Shown: positions 37,038-48,937, counted from the whole stretch's first letter. The stretch is 63,851 bases of DNA, filler included, from Basidiobolus ranarum (GCA_040143965.1; 17 parts of 17 records of this genome joined end to end with filler, not necessarily neighbours in it); one strand, 5' to 3'. A program made the numbers and translations. Notes: generated by a model from the sequence alone, not told the origin.

Positions 37038-37836
37038 CTAAACATAAGCTATTCCAATCAAGTAACTATTCAATTATGGCATCAGAGGTTTGGCCATATT
37101 GGATTTGATCATTGGCATAAAATGAAGAGAAATTGCCTAATTTGTGGATTTCAAATTAACCCCCAAGTCAAAATGGAAATTTATGGGGGTTATAATTATG
37201 GAACACGAGCCACACAGCTGCTAAAGAGCTCTGGCTTAGTCAAATCTGACAAAAAGTTGGATCCAATTCATTCAGATTTGTATGGACCTGTGCAAAATTT
37301 ATCTTGAGGCAGAAAAAGATATTTAATCACATTTATTGATGATTATACAAGATATACTTGGGTCTACTTTATGGAAAGAAAAGAAGAAGCTCTCTCTATC
37401 TGTAGAGATTTTAAAACACTTGTGGAGACTGAAACTGGAACTAAAGTCAAGAAAATGTCACAATAAGGAACTGGACAAGGACTGGGAACAACGACAAGAG
37501 GCTAGAAGGCAGGAGAGTACTTGGGTGTAGACCACAAGACAAGACAAGACAGGACTGGACAAGGANNNNNNNNNNNNNNNNNNNNNNNNNNNNNNNNNNN
37601 NNNNNNNNNTTAATTAATTAANNNNNNNNNNNNNNNNNNNNNNNNNNNNNNNNNNNNNNNNNNNNCAATTCCTTTTTCTTGACCAAATTTAAAGTGTTTA
37701 GTATTTTCAGATCAGTTTGTGGAATAAAAGTTTATTTTCAAGGTTGATGTTTCAAACAATCTATGACTACAATTTGAAGGATCGAATTGATACTCCACTA
37801 TAATTGATATAAATGGAGGAGAAGCCTAGATAGCAT

Positions 37837-38049
37837 CTACATCTCAACAGAGGAACGACGTGAAGAAAAGCCGGAATCCATATTAAGATCAACTTCAGGG
37901 GTGAGACGGAGGAAGGTCAACCCGGTAAGCTTTGGTACACGTACTTTCTTGGGAGATTCTATGAAAATTGGAAGTTTTACTTCGAGTGAATCTTCTTCGG
38001 TAAGACGAAGAAAGCTAGTTGGTTGGTTCTTGTGAATCAATTCTTGCAT
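37837..38049 (-). CDS. FLRLTP-repeat microprotein 1 (70 aa)
   Basis: SFLRLTEE and TFLRLTPE, C-terminus SRRSSVEM; TATAAA about 65 nt upstream; paralogous to three neighbours. Confidence 0.82.
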   Translation of the reverse strand: MQELIHKNQPTSFLRLTEEDSLEVKLPIFIESPKKVRVPKLTGLTFLRLTPEVDLNMDSGFSSRRSSVEM

Positions 38050-38944
38050 TTGGAGATGTTTGGTGAAGTTGTAGTTGCTTGAATATAATTAATAAGGAGG
38101 GGGCGCATTGAGACTTTATAGAAAGTATGTCACGAAGATAAGAATCCGAGTGGAAAAAGTCCTATTCAGATTTTAAGGAGCCACAGTTAGAGATTCCTAT
38201 CTTATCTGCACTGTGCAGTTAACAGTGTTTCTAGATAGATAGAAAGTGAATTTCTCCTGGTATTTACATGAATCGACGCGCTTGGTAGTGATATTCTCCA
38301 CCCGGTGGTTTTACTTTAGATAAGAACGTTGATTTAGAGTGGTGTTAATGAACTTTCGGATCCAATATACCAGCATTTAGAAAGTATTGATGATCTATGC
38401 AACGTTTTGTTGATAAACCACAATTCAGATGTTAGTTTTCATGGGTATTCATTAGAAAAAAGAGGCTGATTCTGTCTTTAAAGTTACTATTATCATCTAC
38501 CCAGGTTATGAGACATCTAAGAGATCGCTACCACTCGGAGGGCAAGTATTTTAGTTGAACATCTCTTCACAGAGGAAATCTTGAAACCTGTTAGGAAACT
38601 AGATATATACTACGCATAGAAATGGGATATTTAAATAGTACATTAGCGGTAAAGTATGATTGTTATCAGAACTAGAAACAGATGAATATATAATAATGTG
38701 AGTATGTTTTTAGTAATCAGAATTGCACAAATCTTTGATCGCAGGGTTTATTCACATACACGTAGTAGAAATTAATCTATCATCAGTCAATGTGTTAGAC
38801 GACGTAAAACTACTCAAACAAATCTTTAAAATGCACACGAAACCAATATGACTCAAATGTTCGGTTTATTTAACAGCAATAAAGATGTAGGTAATATAGT
38901 TCACTTCATAATATACAATCTTCGGGTTGATAGATTGTACGTAT

Positions 38945-39169
38945 TTACATTTCAACGGAAGATCTGCGAGATGTCTTGTGTGATTCTGTTGACATATCTA
39001 TCTCGGGTGTTAACCGCATGTAAACATTAGCACCACTTGGTCGTTTCTCCTCCACAAAGTTTTCTGAGCTGATCAATTCAAGTAGTAAAGGAAGCTCCAC
39101 AACTGCCGACTCCTCGGGGCTTAGTCGAAGGAAAGTCATTGGTAAATTCTTGTGAATTAGGCTTTGCAT
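38945..39169 (-). CDS. FLRLTP-repeat microprotein 2 (74 aa)
   Basis: TFLRLSPE and VYMRLTPE; shares the MQ.LIHKN.P start and SRRSSVEM end with gene 1 despite DNA divergence. Confidence 0.82.
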   Translation of the reverse strand: MQSLIHKNLPMTFLRLSPEESAVVELPLLLELISSENFVEEKRPSGANVYMRLTPEIDMSTESHKTSRRSSVEM

Positions 39170-39587
39170 ATCTGAAGAAGCGTGAGTGATGAGTGGCCAG
39201 GTAGATTTGGTTGAGATTGAGAGGTAACTTGGAGGAGTATTTAAAGGATTTGAGAGTTAGGAGGCGTGATCATAGAGGTTTCAATTATTATGGTTATCTT
39301 ACAAGTATTGCACAGCCTGCATACTTTCTATTTGCTGACTTATTCATTTTAATGGGATAAATAAAATATGGTTGAATCTAAAGTGGCGCCATCTAAACAG
39401 ACTGATTACTAAGTTATGAAGTGAAAGAAATTCAGTCACATATTTGAAACGGACCCCGATGTAATAGGATCTTTTGCATTAAAAGGAGTCACATTAGTAG
39501 TCATAGACAAGCAACGGTGAAAATTGATTTATTAATAGTTCGCCATCACCAAGAGCAGCCAGCCAGTCATTCGTGGGAATGCAGCAC

Positions 39588-40018
39588 TTTCCTCTAGAGG
39601 CATGGAGTTGCTTTTGTAAAATTCAATTCCAATCCTGTTTGATAACACGGGAGACGTTCGTTTAGAAACATACACGAAATGGGGATTTCCTCTAGGGGAA
39701 AACCGGCAGAACCAACACGCACTTTCCTCTAGAGGTCAACGGTTTCGCAGCTTCAGTGATTAATTTCATTTCTGTCCAATTCAATTCGGTTTCACTCTAT
39801 TACACCCTCAAATACTTGACAATAACCCTATTTGCTTTGCTAATGTAGTGGAATTGATATTGACTGAGACTAGAGCTGTCAATTGAATAGTAACACAATA
39901 GACAGAAACATTTACTCAGCTTCGATCCACCCGGAATCAAGTTACTAGATCCTTGCAGCGTGAGAATATGTGTGAATGGCGAATGCTCATTTCAAACTGA
40001 AACTATTTCCTCTAGAGG
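39588..40018. promoter_or_regulatory. Four copies of TTTCCTCTAG(A/G)GG in the divergent promoter of the microprotein cluster
   Basis: Copies at 39588, 39686, 39723 and 40006; the core CCTCTAGAGG is a perfect palindrome. Confidence 0.7.
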
Positions 40019-40279
40019 CAACCAGAGATGTGGATTCCCTTCTGTATGATGATTCAGTATTCTTTGTACGTAAAGCTATTTAGCTGAAACGTTCTTCCTA
40101 ATTTGGACTCCGTATACCGCAACCAATTAACGCTGGACTTGGACTCTAAGGATAGTTACCAAAGAATCCAATTTATGTGAAACAACAACACTCCGACGTC
40201 AAATTAAGCTAATCGAAGTCCTCTCGATTCCTATAAATTCTCTTCACTTGCTCTCTTCCAAACCATCAACTTTACTTCC

Positions 40280-40456
40280 ATGCAGCATTTATTAAGACCA
40301 GAAGCCACCGGACCATTCACCTTCCTTAGGCTCACCCCTGATGATGTGCCATCCGTTCCGAACGTTATACATGCACTTCAGGACTCTTCCGCTGCTCTAG
40401 AATCTCTCAATGGCTTTACTTTCATGCGCCTGACACCCCAAGAAACCGAAGCTTGA
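40280..40456 (+). CDS. FLRLTP-repeat microprotein 3 (58 aa; not in the ORF track)
   Basis: MQHLLRPEATGPFTFLRLTPDDVPSVPNVIHALQDSSAALESLNGFTFMRLTPQETEA; TATAAA at about 40232 and AATAAA at about 40504. Confidence 0.82.
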   Translation: MQHLLRPEATGPFTFLRLTPDDVPSVPNVIHALQDSSAALESLNGFTFMRLTPQETEA

Positions 40457-41012
40457 GCTGTTTCTAAATCACTTTGCATGTAAATAGTACCTCAATCTCA
40501 TCTAATAAATGTCTAAATGGAACTCTGCCAAGCACTATAATTTCTGCTTAGAAGAAGTAACGCTAAGCGCTTACAAAGAATGTTTCATATTTTCTTCGAT
40601 GTTGTGCATGGTTGTGCAGAAACCAGATATTTACTAGAGATTGCTATCAAAAAACTCTATTTCACGTGAAGTTCACTCAATCAAAGTCCCTGCGTATGAT
40701 AAGCTTGTATACATCCTAAACTTGTATTTACTTGAAGATAAGCCTTTTCTTAGTTGTTTGATGATAAAAAAGGAATTTATGTGAAATGCTGCATATTCAA
40801 TACCATTAAGGAAAGCTCCGCTCTTGCATTTTACTACGAGACGTAACCCTGGAGCTGAATTGATGACTACATCCTGGAGCTGTAGAGATCCAAAAGGATC
40901 TGTTCAAATATTCTTCGAATACTCCCCCACATGTTCTCTTGGTTGGTATATATAGCTCACTTTAACAACAACATAGTCATTGTTCAACTTCGAATTTCTT
41001 TAACAACACAAA

Positions 41013-41192
41013 ATGCGTACCTACTTAGATCAACCATTGACCTTTCTTCGCCTTACTCCCGTAGAATCACTTGAATCTTGGACTTCTCCAGAAGTTGCAC
41101 CAGATAACGACGTGTCGTTCGAACCAGTTAACAATCTCATTTTCTTACGTTTGACTCCAGAAGATGAAAATTGTGCAGAAACTATGGTCTGA
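41013..41192 (+). CDS. FLRLTP-repeat microprotein 4 (59 aa; not in the ORF track)
   Basis: MRTYLDQPLTFLRLTPVESLESWTSPEVAPDNDVSFEPVNNLIFLRLTPEDENCAETMV; TATATATA at about 40947, AAAATG start context, AATAAA at about 41258. Confidence 0.82.
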   Translation: MRTYLDQPLTFLRLTPVESLESWTSPEVAPDNDVSFEPVNNLIFLRLTPEDENCAETMV

Positions 41193-41650
41193 ACTACAAT
41201 TTTTCGAATCTTTTCTGCGTGATTTATCTAAATTGTCATCATAAGTTACAAACATCTAATAAATGATATACAATCCATTGAAACCCCATTTGCAATGAAA
41301 ATTTAGTCAAGAAAAAGGAATTTNNNNNNNNNNNNNNNNNNNNNNNNNNNNNNNNNNNNNNNNNNNNTTAATTAATTAANNNNNNNNNNNNNNNNNNNNN
41401 NNNNNNNNNNNNNNNNNNNNNNNCTTGATTTTTCCATGTTTGGCTCAAATCTGGGTGATATTGGGCAAGATTCCACACAGTTTTTAAAATGTTAAACCAC
41501 TCATCTTCAGAGCAAGTGATGGCAGCTCTGACATTCACAATCTTTTGATTTGCTGGTTTTCCTATAAGATCTATACTTTCTTGTGCCTAAGCAATTTTGG
41601 GTCATGGTGTGGGCTCAATGGTTCAACATATGTCTTGCTCCACTATATGG

Positions 41651-44600
41651 TGATAAAAGTATTGAGAGGATTTGCAAGTGTTTTGGACAAGATTTGGATT
41701 TATGAATTAGACACTTGAGTTTTATTTAATTGCATATGTCCTATTTATAGTTTACTATGAAATAGGACTACTAGACGTGCTTAGATCATAACAAGCATGC
41801 CTGTTAAGCATGGGTGAATATTTGAGATGATTTGGAGAAGTTTTGAGAAAATAGTGAAAATTGGTGAAAGTGATCTGATTGATATTTCTATCAATTAGAG
41901 CAATAAACACACGTTTTTGAATGACAGAATTGAGTGCTAAATAATCAGAATATGAATAGACTAAGTACTTAATAATGAGTTGCTACTTACCTAATTTCAA
42001 CATTCCCACTAAACTAATTGTTTTGTATTTCTCTCAAACCTAACTTATATCTTAATAATTCAAATTGTGCTTTAGATAAAAGTTTGGTTAAGATATCAGG
42101 TATCTTTTCTTCAGTATGGCAATAGACAGGTTCAATTATATCATTCCCTATTGCTTCTCTTACAAAATGATGCCTAATATCTATATGCTTTGTTCTAGCA
42201 TGAAATGTAGGGTTTTTAGCTAATGAAATACAACTTTGATTATCTTAAAATACAGTAATAGCATGTTTTTGCATGTATCCTAAGTCTGTAAATAGCTTCC
42301 TTAACCACATACCTTCTTGTGTAGTAGCAGAGTCAGCCATATACTCTGCTTCTGTAGTGGAAAGTGCTATGGTTGGCTGCTTCTTACTATTCCAAGTTAT
42401 GGCTCTATTGCTATAGGGAAAAGTGTACCCAGTTGTTGATCTTCTAGCATCAAGGTTGCTTCCCCAGTCTGCATCACTGTAGCTTTCAAAATGTAGTGCA
42501 TCAGGAGTGGCAGAGTACTCCAAAACTAGATCACTAGTTCCTCTCAAATACCTGAATATTTGTTTTACTGCAGTGTTGTGCTCAGATCCAGGATTTTTGG
42601 GATATTGGCTGACAACCAATGTATATATTGAACTACCCACCATGGATTGATAAGGGAACTCCTGGCTTTGATTTTATTCATATTGGACTAAATTGGCCAA
42701 AATTTGAGTTAATTTTGCACTAGTATCCATTGGCATTGATACAGGCTTGCTATTCTCCATGTTGAGGTGTTTTAGAATGTCTAGGATGTATCTAGACTGA
42801 TTCAGCATGATTTTCTGATTGGGTTTATCTCTCTTGATTTGGACTCTAAGAAAATAACTTAATTCACCCATATCAGTCATCTGAATTTGGTTTGATAAAC
42901 TACTTTTTGTCTGATTAAGTGGTTCCAGATCACTTGTGGCTATGATAAAGTCATCCACTTATAGTGCCAATATCAGGATCCTATTTCCTGTTGTTTTGAT
43001 GTAAATATGGTGATCTGCTGTGCATTTTTGGAGTTTCAGAGATTCGATATGGGAGCCATCTTGTTGCTTTTTCCCATAATCTTGATTTGGGACACTCCAG
43101 AGTTTGATCTGGAGTCTGTGGTGCATCACAGAATGCTGCATAAGCATATACAGCATCATTGGAAGTGTTCTACTAGTGTCATGGCTTATTTCTCCTACTG
43201 GTTGATCTTCTGGGTCCTGAATCATCCTGAGATGCAATTGGGACTGGAATTTTGCTTGAATAGGACTCAGATACGGCTGGAATTTTGCCGGACACTTCCT
43301 GTATACTGATGATTGTGTTTTCTTGATCGAGAACTGTGATTCAAGGTGAAAAATTTGCTTTTTCATCAAAGATCACATCTCTGCACTTGATTAACTTCTG
43401 ATTTTTGGTATCAAACAGTCTGTAAGCCTTGGATCCATCACAGTAACCAAGAAATATGCATTTTCTGCTTTTGGGTTCCAGTTTTGAGCATTTTTGAGCT
43501 GCAATTTGGCAATATGCTGTTCAACCAAAGATCCTGAGATGATCTGCACTTGGTTTTGATCCATATAGGGCCTCAAATGGAGTAGAATTTTGTAGCAATC
43601 TTGTTGGGCATCTATTTTTGATATAGACTGGAGTGGAGACAGATTTAGCCCAATAATGGTAATCTAACTTCAGATCATGTAACATTGCTCTTGCCATCTC
43701 CACTATGGTTCTATTAGCACATTCTGCAACTCCATTTTGCTGTGCAGTATAAGGTACAGTAGTTTGTTGCTTAATTCCACATGTTGCTTAATTCCATGTT
43801 TACAGTAAAAACTAGCAATGTCTTTAGAGCAATATTCTCCACCTAAACTACTCCTTAGTACCCTTATTTTTTGTGCTGATTCTTTCCCCACCATTCCTTT
43901 GTAGTGCTTGAATGTAGCTAAGGCTTCAGATTTTGATTTGAGAATGAATACCCAAGTATATCTTGTTTTGTCATCAATAAAGGTTATAAATTACCTTTTC
44001 CCACCTAGTGAGACATTTTTCATGCGCCCACATAGATCAGAATGAATCGGGGCAAGATTCTAAGTGGATCAGATCTCTCCAGAGCATGAAAATGGCTGCC
44101 TGTGATGTTTTCCATGTATGTAACCTTCACACCAATCCAATTTGGTGATATTTAATTTACAAATCTGAAACAAGCTGATTTTGGATCATTTGGGTCAGTT
44201 TTTTTCCCCAATGTGGCCTAATCTTATATGTAACATTTGACAGCTTATTTCACCTGTTTTGGCCAAGTTTGCATGCTCAGAATGGAATTTGTTGATATCT
44301 AGCTTTTACAAGTTTTGAGTTGATCCCAGTAGCTAACTTTATATTATTCAGATCTGTGATAGTGCATCCAGCCTCACTGAACAGGAAATTTAGTCCTTGA
44401 GTTGTTGCTTGGCTTACTGAGAGTAGATACTTGGCTATGTTTTGTACCTTGGGTGCAGCATTTAATTTTGCAGACAGTGTAGCTGAAATTTGGTCAAATT
44501 GAGTACAACTGTGCCCTTACCTACAGCATCTAGTTCATAGTCATCACCTAAGTAAACTTTCCTTGTTTGGATTGGTTTTAAGCTGGAAAACCAATCTTTC

Positions 44601-45080
44601 CTGTTTAACTTATACTGGAAAGCTCCTGAATCAATGCACCACATTTCTGAGTCTTCTTTAGTGGTTACTGATAGGGCAGACACAAACAGATGATCTCTAT
44701 CAGTGCTTACTTGATTTGTTTGTTCCAATTTAAGCTTTCTGGCAAAAAGCCTTTTTCTGCAATATTTGATTAAATGGCTTGGTTTCTTGCAAAACTTGCA
44801 GATGATTAATCTCCTAATAGGGTCATCAATATTGCAGTCTGTTGAACGTTTTACAGTACCCAAAAATGCCTGTTCTGCACTATTTTGCTGAGAATTAGAT
44901 CTCCTTAATTCTTCATTCAAAAGCCTAGCACATACATTTTCCATTGTTAATGGCTCTGATCTTGATTCAAAAGCAATTATGAGGTTCCCATGCTTGTCTG
45001 GCAGGCTCCCAAGTAGTGTCATGACTAAGTCATCCTCATTTAGAGGTGCTCCAATGGATGAGAGCTGATTTGCCATAGTT
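41651..45080 (-). mobile_element. Degenerate copia (LTR family A): gag-pol with internal RT deletion, PPT and 3' LTR
   Basis: gag with CKFCKKPSHLIKYC, protease WCIDSGA, integrase, RT (ILAL*VDD, TDMGELSYFL), RNase H (YSDADW, IALSTTEAEY), PPT AGTGGGAA, LTR 41651-42002. It abuts a copy of the CACTA-associated sequence. Confidence 0.93.
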
Positions 45081-45180
45081 NNNNNNNNNNNNNNNNNNNN
45101 NNNNNNNNNNNNNNNNNNNNNNNNTTAATTAATTAANNNNNNNNNNNNNNNNNNNNNNNNNNNNNNNNNNNNNNNNNNNN

Positions 45181-45465
45181 ATATATTTGTTCAAAGTAGA
45201 TTGAGAGAAGACATCTTTGGCACTTGTAAGTCCAGAAACTTCATCAAATAATCCTGCTTCAGCAATAACGCTCAAATCAACGATTTGATCCCCAATAGCA
45301 ACACCGACTCTAGGAGAAGCCTGAAAACCCAGTAAATTTAGTATAAACAGAATCCAAATATTCCACATCTGAATAATACAGTACCTTGTCAGCAGTAGAG
45401 AAAATACCGAATGGTAAATTTTGAATAGGGAAATGAGAATCAGAAGAAACGTTAATGAAAGACAT
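45181..45465 (-). CDS. FAH: Fumarylacetoacetase, 5' part (2 exons visible)
   Basis: Exon 1 MSFINVSSDSHFPIQNLPFGIFSTADK, GT-AG intron, exon 2 ASPRVGVAIGDQIVDLSVIAEAGLF...VFSQSTLN. Confidence 0.92.
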
Positions 45466-46727
45466 CTTGAAGCGAATGGATTTGATAGAGAACGAAACAA
45501 GCTGGGGTTAATCATTTTATAGTCAATCTAAGCCTCAGAAGTTGCTTCAGAGCGTGGGAGAGATTCGTGTAAATGAAGGTAAATACAATTGGCTTATATC
45601 TTGAGTGACAGTGGCCCTTTCTGATTGCGGTATAAAATGGAATAAAGGATATAAATATACAACGTCAGCAATGAGTGCAACAATTCAATATCCCAAATTC
45701 CACACAAAGTGCGTTGTCAAGCCGATCATCGGGAAATCGGAGAAAACCGATATTTCTCTCGAGCCGATACTCCTAGACAAGCCATACTAGAAGCATCTTG
45801 GAGTGATTGATCAATAATTTAGGGACTACGAAGAGCCGCACAAAGACCCCAATTTCTCATTAGTTTCCCACAATATCCATCAAAACTGAGTTAACTGTTA
45901 AAATAACAATGATTGGATGGAGTGGTTGCACATTGAGATAACACTTGCATACTATATTTACTTAATCCATTCGTCATCTACTCTCGTGATATAGTTCGGA
46001 AAGGGGGAGCACCCTATTTTTAACATATTTTCTCATGAATAATTTTTATTTGTCACACTCTTCGAAGTATTTTTCCTCTCCAGTAAGCCAAGCTATGTAA
46101 CGTATATCTACTTCAAACCATTAGTCTTCAAGGAGGGATCCACCCCATTTGGACGAAATTTTCTCACAGCAAGCCATTATACCCATATTCCCCCAGTATT
46201 AAGCGGACAATAATGGTACCTCTAAGCTTATTGGAGGTGCAAATGAAGGTTACTGATACGATATCAATATCAACGGTTTATTAGGGCTGAACCGAAGGTA
46301 GATATATAATAAATATTGATATTAAGCAGCTGAAAGCAATGATAGCTTGTACTTTATCACTTTCAAAAAGTTAGAATCCCCTTATAAATAGGATGAGAAC
46401 CAGTTAACTAAGGAAAAGTTACCAAATCCTTAGTCATATCACCTATGATAAACCAACTATTGGTAGCTGGCTAAAATGCCTGCTGACTCTTTCGATACAT
46501 TAATAGCTCACCTGAATGGTATACTACAACCTAACAGTAATGAAAGTAGGTTGATCTAGGTTTATCACCATGAGATTCATTCTATCTCCACCTTGTATTT
46601 ATGTTGTGTGTACATTATGCATTACTACTTGTTGTTAAGAAGACTGGGTCATTCCATAGAGAGTAATATTGCATCTATGTAGTTGAAAATATTAATGTAT
46701 GACCACTGTATCTCTTTACCACAACAC

Positions 46728-47075
46728 TGTTAAAGTATTTGGGAGCCTGTTGGAAGTGGTTTGGAGAATTAGAGAAATTGGTGGTTTTCACTTATTGATT
46801 AATTGAGTAGAAAGTTGACATTTATAGCTTTGTCATGATATAAGCAAACTAACATGTAGAATGTGTCAAGGAAGGTCTCAGGAACATGTGTGCAAAGTTT
46901 GGGGCTTCTAGCACAAGTTTGAAAAATCTATATATCTGAGAACTTCTAAGTGGGTAAAAATATTCCAAGCAAATTCCTCATGAGAATAATGAGTTTTATC
47001 TTAGTTCAATATAGGATAACTAAATACTAAGCTATATATGACTATACAGGTGTTTAGGCAATGCTAATTTCAACA
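46728..47075 (-). mobile_element. Solo LTR, family B
   Basis: TGTT...AACA ends; perfect 5-bp TSD AACAC. Confidence 0.93.
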
Positions 47076-47531
47076 AACACTGGGTACAAGTTGAAGTTTC
47101 AAAACAACTGCATCAAACCAATGTAAAAGCTTACCTGTGCTTGTACCTAGCCAAACACCTCAGCCCCAACATTACCTGGTATATACCCTCTCCTCCAATT
47201 ACCCACATTGTTTGCTCATTTTACTGTGTTAAATACCAGTTGCATGACTTTCTAATAAATTGAAAAGTTTTCAAGTACATAGAATATGGGCGACAAAACA
47301 AGTTAGATGTAGTTTCATAACTTCTAGAAGGTTTGGAAGAAATGCTTGGCCATTTATTTTACATTATGATCGCATGCATACTTTGATTTTAATGTGAAAT
47401 CATCAGTAAGCTTTAAAAATACTTGGTATGATATTGGAATCTTTGGTGGCTTGATTCTAAGACTATCCCTTACTAATACTTGGATTTTATACATTGTGCA
47501 GAAACACCGGGCACATTGAGAACCGTCAGGG

Positions 47532-47831
47532 TGTTAAAGTAATTTGGGAGTTGTTGGAAGAGATTTGGAGAACTAGAAGAATTGATGACTTTCACTCATT
47601 GATATATTGAGTTGACATTTATAGTTGGGTAAATAAACAAACGTGTAGAATGTGTTAAGGTGAAGTCCCAGGAACATGTGTGCAAAGTTTGGGGTCTCTA
47701 GGACAAGTTCTCAAAATCTTCCAAGTAAATTCCTCTTGAGAACAGTAGGTGATATCTTAGCTCAATATGGAATAACTAAATACTAAGCTATATATGATAA
47801 TATTGATGTATAGGCTATGTTAATTTCAACA
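47532..47831 (-). mobile_element. Solo LTR, family B (more diverged, small deletions)
   Basis: TGTT...AACA ends; perfect TSD CAGGG. Confidence 0.92.
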
Positions 47832-48937
47832 CAGGGAACATATATCACTGATTAGTAGAGGTAAACTTTACTCTTTTTCAAAGCTTTTAAAAAATAGCAT
47901 TTGGGTTTGGTTTCATAGCATAGGCAATGATAGCATCGAGTAACATTTCCATTGATAGATTTTCACAACATTAATCACATCAGTGAAGGAAACTAAAGCT
48001 TTACCTCATATTACTTCGATTCTATACAAACATCATTATAGTCGATGAACTGGTCACTAAACATATACATGCATTATTATTGACAAAAAGTCATGAGAAA
48101 TCTTACAAATATGGTATAAAATCAATTCTAGTCCACTCTTGTATGTGACATGAATGACAGTTCAATATATACATGAAACGTCATTACTGCTTAAAGGATT
48201 CGAGAATACCCAACAAGTATGGTATCAATTGGGAAACTGACGGAAAAGTGGAAAATGGCAGTTTTTAAATCAGCAAACAATCTTTATCGATTACAGTCGA
48301 TTAATCTCGATTCAGGGAGCTTTGAATGGATCATTACTCTCTCCTCAAGAGCATTGAGCCATGATCTAGTTTAGTTAGACGTGAGTCCATTAAATTCAAT
48401 TTAAACATACTTGGATTTGACCATTAGATTTGCAAATGATATTCCGATGTTAATGCATTCAGATGTGACCAGACCACCATTATTAGTGCTATCAATATTC
48501 TGTATCAGGGTACTATAGAATAGAATGTTCCTTCCATCTGCCAAATGTCTCCCACACACTAGAATAACAATACTACGTAGGTGAGAATTCATATGATCTT
48601 ATCTTGCATATCAGCGGTATACTCAGTTCTTATCGATGGCCGAAATTATGCAGTATCCAAGCTTCTGATACACCTGAGAATATGTAGCTTATATGAAGAA
48701 GGACTAGTGTGTGACATGTTAGTATATACCTAGTAATACATTAAATGAATTATTCAACTTTAGCAGTGACGTTGAATGTGATCATCCATTTACTTTTAAT
48801 GAGAATTTCACGCTTCCGTAAAAAAAGAGCATGGATGNNNNNNNNNNNNNNNNNNNNNNNNNNNNNNNNNNNNNNNNNNNNTTAATTAATTAANNNNNNN
48901 NNNNNNNNNNNNNNNNNNNNNNNNNNNNNNNNNNNNN

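Larger units (their letters stand above)
34857..37455 (+). mobile_element. Copia element (LTR family B): LTR, PBS, gag and pol to integrase, with nested insertions
   Basis: LTR 34857-35165, degenerate PBS GGCTCTGAGCCC, gag from 35198, zinc knuckle CDYCKRTGHLSKDC, protease-site remnant WYIVSGAS, WHQRFGH, IHSDLYGP. Confidence 0.9.

Noticed and set aside
41324-45515. Linking the microprotein cluster to neighbouring copia or FAH sequence
   Set aside because: They are separated by artificial linkers, so adjacency is not biological.
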